From positions 6,802,761-6,866,760 of the forward strand of contig SMSO01000031.1 of NCBI GenBank assembly GCA_004764695.1: a stretch of DNA of 64,000 nucleotides, written 5' to 3'. The notes beneath the pieces are model-generated. The model was not told where the DNA came from. It did not search any database and was given only the letters and a program-made list of their open reading frames with translations. The DNA comes from Schizochytrium sp. TIO01. Taxonomy: Eukaryota; Protista; Bigyra: Labyrinthulomycetes. Made by a program: the position numbers and the translations under genes. Numbering within the stretch: the first letter of the stretch is position 1; every line of letters starts with the position of its first letter. Below are positions 1 to 9,900 of this stretch, in pieces.

Positions 1-570
1 TTTGGCCGTGATATTGTTGAGGACCATCTGATCTACTGCCTCGAGGCCGGCATCAATGTGTCTGGTATCAACGCGGAAGTAATGCCTGGCCAATGGGAGT
101 ACCAAGTTGGACCTTGCACGGGGATTGATTCAGGTGACCACATGTGGATGTCGCGCTACATCCTCAACCGTGTTTGTGAGAAGCATGATGTAACTGTATC
201 GCTTGAACCCAAACCCATTCCGGGCGACTGGAACGGAGCTGGCTGCCATACAAACTACTCAACAAAGGCCATGCGCGAACAAGATGGCGCGTATGAATCA
301 ATCATCATTCCTGCCATTGAGCGCCTTGCAAAGAAGCACCAGGAACACATTGCAGTCTACGGTGTTGGAAATGAGGCCCGTCTCACCGGTAGGCACGAAA
401 CTGCTTCCTTTGAGAAGTTCTCCTATGGTGTCGCCAACCGTGGTGCGTCTATTCGCATTCCGAATGCCACCAAGAACGATGGCAAAGGCTACTTTGAGGA
501 CCGCCGTCCTGCGTCGAATATGGACCCTTATGTTGTCACTTCCAAGATCTTTGACACCACCATTCTTTAA
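1..570 (+). CDS. GLN1: Glutamine synthetase type II, 3' part (5' end lies outside the window)
   Basis: Frame is open from base 1 ([38 protein letters not shown]). GSII motifs [39 protein letters not shown] and [14 protein letters not shown] are present. TAA at 568-570. Confidence 0.96.
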   Translation, partial: FGRDIVEDHLIYCLEAGINVSGINAEVMPGQWEYQVGPCTGIDSGDHMWMSRYILNRVCEKHDVTVSLEPKPIPGDWNGAGCHTNYSTKAMREQDGAYESIIIPAIERLAKKHQEHIAVYGVGNEARLTGRHETASFEKFSYGVANRGASIRIPNATKNDGKGYFEDRRPASNMDPYVVTSKIFDTTIL

Positions 571-883
571 GTTCGTAATTATCAACACAATTTTTATTTA
601 CAATAAACCTTTCACGTATCCTGGTAGCTTTATGAAGCTAATGCTCCTAATAAATTCAGCATCATTCAAGTCAACGAATTTCTCATTTCCATATATCGCA
701 GAGAACTATTCCAAACATGATCTTGAACATTGGAACTCATGAAGCAATTTTCCATGCATATGCAGTACAATGATTTAATTTGTGAAGCAAAAGGTTGTAT
801 ATTAATTATTTATCATGATTCCAGTCTTACAAACTCTACAAAGCTAAATCTAATAAAACAGCTTTCGTGGGTCATAGTTTTGG

Positions 884-3052
884 CTAGGAATTCAACTGAT
901 CGCTCAACTTCTTAAGTGTGTTTGCAGCGCGCTCCAAAGCGCTGCTTAGATTTGAGGTCTCTGTATTTTCTGCAGCATCAGAGACAAGGTCTTTGAGAGG
1001 AGTATCATCCTGAGATTCGGAACGAAGCTTGAGAGAATTCGCTACATGCATAGTTGCAGCTACCACAGGAATAACAACACCGGTCAGCAACGACAATAAT
1101 GTACTTCCAGGGGTACCAGGAACGTTGGCATAAAAAATGACTCCGCATAGAATAAACCACACAAAAAGCAATATCAAGGCAGCCGTGCTAATCCACAATA
1201 ATGAGGTAAGCTGCCTCTTGCTGAATCCTCTTTTTTCAAGTTGTTCCTCGAGTTCTTTACCTTCGTGACCTGCTTCGCGTAGACGCTGAACAAGTTTTGT
1301 ATAAAATTTTGATATCTTCGACCATGTTTGTCGAGCGTAAATAAAGATTGACAAAAGCCCTGCAATTCGACTCGCAGCAGTTTTGGGGTCAACAGTTAGT
1401 GCCACAACAAGCCATAACAAGTGCGTGCAGACCATTGCGACGGAGACAAGAGAAAATCCAATAATAACTCCACGCACTCCATGTTGCAATCGATGGCCAG
1501 GGTAAATCTTCCATACACTTCCAATAAAAAAGACGGCTACAAGCAGCGAATATGCAGTCACAATTCCAAAGATTGGTAGCTGAATCATTGACTTGCGCTC
1601 GCAATATAGTTCATCCATGTCGCAGGCAAGATCGATGCTCCAGAAGATAGGTAAAAGAATCGGAAGTATCAATACACAGTAACGTTTCGCAGCTGCCATA
1701 GGACCAAATTTCGGGTTTTCAAAGTCTGAATCTACGAGAAGCATTGTTTCCAGAAGCTCCATTGTGAACTCTGTATCATTTGCAACCATATCATCCAATC
1801 GCGCTGCCGCAGCAGCAGCTTGCGCATCTTCGTCTTCCTTAGAGCCTCCTCCTGTAGTTGGGGTTGGCCCTGGCCCGGGAATAACCCCGTCGGTTTCAGG
1901 AACTACAGGAGCGCCGCCTCCCTGAAGGTGGTTGGGCAATCCGAAACCTCTTGTGCCAAGTACGGTTTTGTTTGAATTAGACGTTTTCCTTTCTTTCTTG
2001 CCATGTTGTGTTTTGGATGCTTGTTGCTTCTCTCGTTTTCTCTCTCCAAGAATAAGGGCTCGAACAAACACCAAAAACCATGATATGCTAACCAAAATAA
2101 AAACGATCCATAAAGTTAGGAAAACGAAGTAGGTCGGCTGAATTAGATCAGAGTCTAATGTACCGTTGCAAATCTTATCAGGAGGTGTCATAGCCGCCGA
2201 AGGTGAACTGCAAACCCACGATTTACCGGAACGCCACCACTGGCCTGATAACTCTGCCTCATCGCTCAGTGTTTTATGGGCTGAAAATAACTTCACTTCT
2301 GGCTGATTAGCGGTTCTTAAAAGATAGTGGACAAGGGCTGCATTCATCGCTCGACTACTTGCGTTCCATGCATACGGGCAAGAAGATGAAGCTTGTACTG
2401 GATTTTCAATATGCAGGGCCACTTGGGACTCGATACGTGCAAGCACGTTGAGAGATACTGTCCGAATAAAAAAGTTAGGTAGCCAATGCGCAAGTCCAAC
2501 TTCAACAGCAACAAAACTCTTTGTTTGGTTTTCATTGGTAAGGTAATGAAATGCCTTTTCCGAGAGTGAGTTGCCAAAATCTAGGCCGCTCTCCCAACTA
2601 TCGGCGTCTCCGCCTAGGAGACTGATTGAATCAACAGTTTGTGCAAAATATGACCCAATATCATCACAAGAAGCGCTTTCCTTAAAGCTGATTAATATCG
2701 AAGCATAGCCATTGGACGGGCTATCGACGTTCCATGCCACATACTGAACCAACCAAAAGTGAAAGAAACTTTGTGCGAGCAAGAGCAGAACCACAACAGC
2801 AGATATTTGCAGTGCTACAAACCATGTGCTTGCAGATGGCTTTTTATTCCCGTTCTGGCCTTGCTCTGCATCAGCAGGTCGAGGGCCTCCAGAGGTTGAC
2901 GTTGAGGCCTTAGGCTTTGGTGATGCAGGTTCAAGTGTCGGGGGTGTCACACCCTCGCCTTTTGTCACCGCAGCTGAAGTGTTCGCACATGAAGTTTCTT
3001 GTAGCAACGACGGTACTTGCGCAGGGTGCACCTGAGCACTAGAACCTCCCAT
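884..3052 (-). CDS. Hypothetical multi-pass membrane protein (722 aa)
   Basis: Long ATG-initiated ORF. One N-proximal hydrophobic helix, a ~200-aa Cys/N-glycosylation-site-containing loop, a second helix, a polar loop, then about 6 further hydrophobic segments. No family recognised. Confidence 0.8.
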   Translation of the reverse strand: MGGSSAQVHPAQVPSLLQETSCANTSAAVTKGEGVTPPTLEPASPKPKASTSTSGGPRPADAEQGQNGNKKPSASTWFVALQISAVVVLLLLAQSFFHFWLVQYVAWNVDSPSNGYASILISFKESASCDDIGSYFAQTVDSISLLGGDADSWESGLDFGNSLSEKAFHYLTNENQTKSFVAVEVGLAHWLPNFFIRTVSLNVLARIESQVALHIENPVQASSSCPYAWNASSRAMNAALVHYLLRTANQPEVKLFSAHKTLSDEAELSGQWWRSGKSWVCSSPSAAMTPPDKICNGTLDSDLIQPTYFVFLTLWIVFILVSISWFLVFVRALILGERKREKQQASKTQHGKKERKTSNSNKTVLGTRGFGLPNHLQGGGAPVVPETDGVIPGPGPTPTTGGGSKEDEDAQAAAAAARLDDMVANDTEFTMELLETMLLVDSDFENPKFGPMAAAKRYCVLILPILLPIFWSIDLACDMDELYCERKSMIQLPIFGIVTAYSLLVAVFFIGSVWKIYPGHRLQHGVRGVIIGFSLVSVAMVCTHLLWLVVALTVDPKTAASRIAGLLSIFIYARQTWSKISKFYTKLVQRLREAGHEGKELEEQLEKRGFSKRQLTSLLWISTAALILLFVWFILCGVIFYANVPGTPGSTLLSLLTGVVIPVVAATMHVANSLKLRSESQDDTPLKDLVSDAAENTETSNLSSALERAANTLKKLSDQLNS

Positions 3053-3661
3053 ACTTCGAAGCGACTGACTCTAAAGCAAGGCAGAACAAGGCAAAGCAAG
3101 GCACGGCAAGGCAAGGCAAGGCAGAGCAAACCAGCGCAACGGCGCTTTGTGGTAAGCAGCTTTGTTCAGCCTTGATGGCGGACCCCGTACCGCCACCAAG
3201 TTTGCGGTCGACTTAGTTCATGCCGAGACTTCTCAAAGTCGTCTTTGCAGTACTGGATTAATATCAAGTATACTGTGGCAATCATGCGCATCAGCACAAA
3301 CACTGTCCTCCCCTGGAAAAATGTTACATAAAAAGATGGAACGAGTGACTTTCATTACAAAAATAGGCAACTAAAAGCTACAAGGGCAGTCAGGGGTAAA
3401 TAGGGTGATACTACTACTACCATGAGCCGCACAAGCTGCGCCTCATTGAGTTTAAGAGCTTTTTTTCTTTTACTCTCTTTACGATCAGTAAAAAAAGTAA
3501 CTATTTACAAAGAATTTGTTCGCACGCACAAAACATAATATATATATAGCGACCCGTTACACCATTTAATAGACCCCTTTTCAGGGACAGATGATATCTT
3601 TCATCACTGACACTTTGCTGCCTATATACCCTAATAGTAGTTATTGGGCCGGTTTCTTCAC

Positions 3662-5338
3662 TCACAAATACGTACCAGCATCGTCACTATCCTCACCATC
3701 GTCATCGTCAGAAAAACCATCGCTATCAATGCCACCTTCGTCACTGGAATGTGAGTTCTGGGAGAGTTCCTCAAGCTCGCTTTTTAACCCAAGGTCCCCC
3801 AGTATTTCATCAGCTTGTGCAGTGAGATCAGCGACGAGTGACTTGAAGTCTTCTACCGAGAGCTGGAATCCGGCAAATCCATCTTCTTGCTGCTGTAAAA
3901 CAGGAATGTCCCCATCAAGCTTTAAGGTGAGCTTGGGCGAATTTGCACGAGTTTTCTGTGCTTTATTGTAGCGCCGTCTCCAATTATAGACACAGTAGTC
4001 CCAGGTCTGACTTGCTGGTTGACCTTTGCAGGTATCTTGCTCGATCATACAATAGTCCCGTACTCTGATATCCCCTGGATTTGCGCATGCAGCATCGCGT
4101 ACAACTTCTTTAACGAGTTTGCCATTCTGCTTATAACTGGCCTCCCACATTGGTTTGCATTTACACCCTGCTTCGGTGAGACGCATAGACTTTTGCTCCA
4201 TGGTCGAGTCCTGAAGTCTAGACCCGGGGGTCTTTGCAGTGAACTGGAAGGTGCCTTGCAACTCTCCTGGTGGTAAGACAGATGACCCGAAGCTCATGGA
4301 TTCCCTGGAGAGTTTGAGCTCAACTTCAGTAGGCAAGCCTGCGCATACATACTGGCCCTTCCACACGGAGCCAGAGAAAATGACATCCCACGAAGGTACA
4401 TGGTCGGTGGCTTCCAACATAAGCGTTGCCTGGAGTTTCGAGCACGAAGGCAACGGAACACGCTCTACGTCCACAAGCACCGCTTCAAGCGTGTACATGA
4501 GAGGTAACAGCCCTCCGTGTTGTTGTCTTTGATCTGCGAGGTCCAATCCCTCCTTCACCTCTGGGGATTCGTCATTGTTCTTATTCTTTGCATGCTTCTT
4601 CTTGTGGTTGGGTTTTGTTTCAATGACTGTGCGTTCAATGGTGCCCTCGAAGCCAATCATAACCCAATCTGCGCCAGGGCGAATGATCCACTGTTCTGGC
4701 TCTGCCGCGATCGAAATAATCTCTGTCTCCGCAGGAGCATGCCACGGATTAAACTTGGCATGCATAGCAAACTGGCCTTGTGCATAGACCTGGTCAGGTT
4801 CTTCAAGAGAGAATTTAGACCCTGCGAATCTGCCCCCAGTGGCACTACCCAGGGCCGAAGCAGAGTTCCTGAACCTCTGATCACGAGCTTCCTTTTCAGA
4901 AAAGGCTTTGAGTACGGACGCAACCATGTCTGAGAGTGTGGCAGAATTTGCAGCACTTTCGAGAACGCTAAGATCTTCGTCGAAAGCGAGGGCAAAACTG
5001 GCAGCTTCATCGTTTTTGAGCTTGCCAACAAGGTCACCGCCAGCTCCGAGACGCACTGCGGAAGGACTCTTCTGCCGGGCCAGCGATGACATTGACACAC
5101 CGTGTGAGTGTGGCGGAGCCTGAAGCCCATTCATTGCCAAGCAGTACGGACCGTCGAGGCTCGAGCATGCCGGAAGAGGCTCGCGGACTCTTGTTGCGTC
5201 CGGAACTGCGCCTTGTTGGCGTCCAGGAGCGCCATGAGCAACCGGTACGAGGACCGTAAGGGACACAAGCACGGATAGCACCACTGCGGTGAAGAACACG
5301 AGCCTAGATGGAAAATGAACGTAAGAAAGAACAACCAT
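3662..5338 (-). CDS. Hypothetical secreted or membrane-anchored protein with a C-terminal kringle/FN2-like cysteine module
   Basis: First in-frame ATG at 5338 (MVVLSYVHF...) precedes the hydrophobic stretch LVFFTAVVLSVLVSLTVLVPVAHG. Contains a 6-Cys module ending in WDYC and an acidic tail. Confidence 0.75.
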   Translation of the reverse strand: MVVLSYVHFPSRLVFFTAVVLSVLVSLTVLVPVAHGAPGRQQGAVPDATRVREPLPACSSLDGPYCLAMNGLQAPPHSHGVSMSSLARQKSPSAVRLGAGGDLVGKLKNDEAASFALAFDEDLSVLESAANSATLSDMVASVLKAFSEKEARDQRFRNSASALGSATGGRFAGSKFSLEEPDQVYAQGQFAMHAKFNPWHAPAETEIISIAAEPEQWIIRPGADWVMIGFEGTIERTVIETKPNHKKKHAKNKNNDESPEVKEGLDLADQRQQHGGLLPLMYTLEAVLVDVERVPLPSCSKLQATLMLEATDHVPSWDVIFSGSVWKGQYVCAGLPTEVELKLSRESMSFGSSVLPPGELQGTFQFTAKTPGSRLQDSTMEQKSMRLTEAGCKCKPMWEASYKQNGKLVKEVVRDAACANPGDIRVRDYCMIEQDTCKGQPASQTWDYCVYNWRRRYNKAQKTRANSPKLTLKLDGDIPVLQQQEDGFAGFQLSVEDFKSLVADLTAQADEILGDLGLKSELEELSQNSHSSDEGGIDSDGFSDDDDGEDSDDAGTYL

Positions 5339-6910
5339 GGAGCAGCGCAGGACCTGAACAGACCATCGATCGGCGAAAGGCGAGTTCTGGTTTTGATGGT
5401 GCTCTTTCAATTATTCTTTTCATTTCTATATTTCGCTTGGCTTCGTACCTAGATATTACTATTCCTAGCTTATAGTATCCTGTAGTACTACAGCTTGAAT
5501 ACCGTCTAGATTCCAAGCAATCTATGAACTTATCGCTCCGTCTTCAACTCATCGGAACATAGTGTTCGCGCAGAAATGCCATCACGAGATGCACCACCTC
5601 AATTACCTACTTCAAGAAGTCAACAGTTCAAGCGTTAATCCTCAAGCTCAGCCTCTAGAGAAGAGCATGATACCTTACAGTCCCAATCAATCATGACTAT
5701 CAAGAAGCATTAAAAACCTTGACAATTTTGCAGGATTCCACCAAGAAGCTCGTGCCTGATATCGCAGTCCTTTACTGGCTGAGGTGCAGGTTTGAGGGGC
5801 TCAGCGCAGATAGTTTGATCGATCAGTCTCATCAATTATCTCGGCTTCAGCGTAGGTATTTCCAACTGATAAAATCCAACGAATATTTGGTGCGATGATT
5901 TCAATCTGATTTTACCGCTGATTTATTCCAACGAAATATGCTTCTCCTCCTCATCACATCAGGTTATCAGGGTTATAATTTAGGCCTTACAAAGGAAGTG
6001 AACCGCACCCAAAGGGCCCAAAGGGTCGTGGTAGCTGCCCATAACATGTAGGATTCAGCCCTGTCACATCAAGATCGGTCGACTCGCCGAAAGGGGTTGG
6101 ATTTAGCTTCTTGAAGCGTAATTCTTACGAGTTCATCAATGATAATTATACATTCAGCCCTCCAATAACGAGCGGTAGAGGGAAATAAAAAACGTTGGGT
6201 ATTTTCAGACGAATTAAGATTCGTTCGAAAAAATCAGACGCAAACTGTCCCTTGTTGCCCCTTGGTTTTCGATCTTGCATCACTAACCTTCGTTAAAACC
6301 AGCGACGCGAGCATCAGCGACAGCAGGAAGAGCATCGGCAAACGACGAAAGCACTGCCGTTTGCGGCGGGAGGCTTGGCGAGAGGGGCTTCGTCGGCCTA
6401 GCGGGGAGGCCTGGATTCGACCGTAGGGCGACGGATCCCGTTGAGGCGACGTTGTCCTCAGCTGGATTCGCTGTTGCCTCCTCATTTCTGCTTGGCAGGC
6501 GTTCCTTTTTTGCTCAGTATACAGGTCTCAGTTTCTCTTGATCTTTACGAAGAACTTTCTGTCGCTAGCTGTTGTTCGTGTGAAACTTTCTGCATCTCGG
6601 AGTGGACATATCACAAGGTTTCTTCCTGTTCTAAAGCGGAGCGCTGTCGTTGGGAGCGCGGCGAGTTGTAGAGCATCTGGATATACATACAACTACCAAC
6701 ACATTCATTATTGCGATTCTTTGCTATCCATCGCAATTTGGCTTCTGTTTATTGCATGCCATTCCGCCGCTGTTGTGCCGCTCGGATTGAATTTGAGGAC
6801 ACATACTTCTGAATAGACCAACCGTTTATTGAAAAGGTACAGGTCGAACTAAATATCCCAGAGTTGTGATTGGATTCTTAAGCGTGTTGTTGCGAATTTA
6901 GCTTGCAATC

Positions 6911-9900
6911 ATGCCGCGTCTTTCACGAGGAAGATCTCAGAAACCTCTTTCTTCATCTTCTTCCGGGGCGGTAGAATCAAGCTCGCGAAGATCGTCCTCG
7001 AGGTCGAACAAGGTGCGTAAAAGCCTCCGCGAGAGGGCTGATTCGGGAGAATCTGATATATCAGAAAACCCACCTCCGCGCGCTTCATCGCGTCGCGAGA
7101 GTAAGCCTCGTAGAAACTCTGGGTCTTCGAAAGTAAAGGTTCCAGTTGAAATTGATTTGGAGGATGATGACTTCGAAGAGATCCGGGAAGTCAAGAAGTC
7201 GAAGGACCGCAAGAAGCAATCCAAGGCTGTGGCAAGTGCGAAATCCTCAAAGTCCTCCCGAAGCGCAAGTAAGAGTAGCAAAAAGCGCAAGGCTGTGAGT
7301 GAGGACGATTTCGAAGATGATGACGATGATGATGATGATGATGTGGAAATTCAAGATCTCATAAATGAGTCTGATGATGATACTGGCACAAACTCGCGCA
7401 AACGGCGCAGAGGAAAATCAGCAACTCCGTCGACCTCTCGTAGTAAAAGCCGCGGACCATCGAAAATCAAAGAAGTTGTCTCGAAACCTTCCCGTGGCCG
7501 ACCTCGCCGTAGCACTGGTAGACGGTCCAACTTGGCTGATCAAGATAGTGATATTGACATGCCCTCCGACGAGTCTCTGCAAATCGATGAAGAACCACGA
7601 AAGAAGCAAAAGTCTAGCAAATCGCGGCGGTCGCGGGGTCAGTCTGCAGAAGAAATTCCTGCCGAGAAAAGTAAAGGCCGCTCTCGGTCCAAGGGCCGTG
7701 ACGCTCCTTCTTCCACCCGGAAAAAGCAATTAGAGCAAGAGGACCTCGACCGCAAAGTCGCCGAGGAGCTCGCTCGCGCTGAAAGCCGGTACCAACCGCG
7801 AAGATCATCTCGTGCTCAGCAAAGCTACCGTGAAGTTGAAAATGACGATGACCTCCTTGACTCTGACCCGGAAGAAAAGGTTAATGCAAAGAAGAGTCGA
7901 TCCAAGCAGAAGAAGAATAAGAAGGTAGCTGCTCGTAACTCTGAAGACGAGTTGAGTGACGAACTTGATGACGATATCGAACTAGAGGAGGATGAGGAAA
8001 TGGAGCAAGAGGAAGAAATTGACAATGACGAGGATGAAATGACTCCGGGTAGGGCACGCCGCAAAACAAAGATCCCCAGAGCTTCTGGTGAGAAGGCCTA
8101 CTTTACACCTTCTTTCCCAGAATCCCTGGAGTTAGACAAAATTCTAGGTGTTCGTATCAAAGACAGTACACAGCAAGTTCTCATTAAGTTCAAGGGTTAC
8201 TCATACTTGCATGCAACTTGGCGAAGCCGGAGCGCTGTGGAAAAATTAGACCCCAAAAACAAAGCTCGTATTGAGAAGTTTCTTGCATCTCCAGCAGGGT
8301 TTGGTATGCCTGCACCGGAGGATGAGGATGCCGATGATATTGTATACTTTAGCTCTGATTTTACGGACGTACATCGCATCCTTGCCTATTATGAAATCGA
8401 TGTAGATGAAGGTGAACTGTCACCATTCGGATTTCCATTTGACGACAACTCCACACCCGTTCTTGACGAGGATCGCAAACCAAAGCGAAGTGAGAATGGA
8501 CGACCACTGATTCGTTATGCATACGTCCTTGTCAAGTGGAGCTCGCTCCCATACCATGAAATTACATGGGAGCCATTATGTGCAATTGATGAGCCCGTGC
8601 GTAGCCAAAAACTAGCACAGTATCGGAATTTTGATTCGCTCGATTATGAAAAAGCAAAACACATGTATGCTCCCATGGGCGAGGAAGTGCGACGCAGCCC
8701 CAAATTTGTGCACCTCGATGATACTACAGAATTTGAGGGTCTAAACGGAAACGGTGGTCTTCACCTTCGTGACTATCAGGTCAGCGGTGTGAATTGGATG
8801 CTATTAAACTGGAATGTCGGCCGTGCTGGCTGCCTACTCGCTGATGAGATGGGTCTCGGCAAGACTATCCAGATCGTTGGACTCTTGGAAGCGTTGCATG
8901 CTGGACGATTCCTGCCAAAGAATATCCCCTTTAAAGAGCAAAAGTGGATGCGCACTCGTGGTCCTCACCTGGTGGTCGTCCCTCTGTCCTGTATTTTCCA
9001 GTGGGAGCGTGAGTTTGCAACCTGGACAAAGTTAAACGCGGTCATTTTCCATGGTGTTCAAGAGTCGAGAGAGATGATCAAGAAGTATGAGTTCTTTTTT
9101 CGCAACTCACAGGCATGGGATGGCGAAAATTGCAATACCATTTATACCAAGGAGTACGCACGCTTTGATCTGTTAATTACTACATACGAAGTCGCTGCTC
9201 GTGATGCCGGCTTTCTTCGCCGGCTTCCTTGGCGCTGCATCGTGGTTGACGAAGCCCATCGTCTGAAGAACTGGCAGTCAAAACTTGCTGTCGAGCTTGG
9301 CCAATATGAGCGTGATTTCACAGTCCTCCTTACAGGCACCCCTATCCAGAACAACACAGAAGAGCTGTGGGCACTGTTTCATTTTCTCACAACGCGTCAT
9401 CAATCTCATCGACAATTTCAGAAGGCCAAGGAGCGCCAAAAAGAAGCGGGTTAAGAATAGTGATGGCTCTGGCGAGGAGTCGCCGGAAGAGAATTCTGAT
9501 GACGAGACGGAGCGAGTAGAAGGTTTCTGGTTTCGGGCAGAAAATCGCGAGGCTTTTATGCGAGAATTTGGTGACATTACAAATCACCAACAAGCGACGA
9601 AACTTCACAAACTTTTACGCCCATTTCTCCTTCGGCGTGTGAAGGAAGATGTTGGTAAGCAGTTGCCGCCCAAGGAAGAGACCATCATTGAAGTTGAGCT
9701 CACGTCTGAGCAAAAGAAGTACTACCGGAGTATCTACGAGCGGAACACTAAGTTCTTATATCGAGGTGGAAAGGCCAAGAATGGCCCGTCTCTAATGAAT
9801 ATCATGATGGAGCTTCGAAAGTGCTGCAATCACCCCTTCCTTATTCGTGGTGCTGAAGAGCGTATTCTGGAAGACAATCTTAGCGCTGCTGGGGGCAACA

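Noticed and set aside
5776-5860. CAGCGTAGG resembling the 3' end of a TPP riboswitch
   Set aside because: No CUGAGA, P2/P3 or properly spaced UGA..AAU elements, and no thiamine-related gene nearby.
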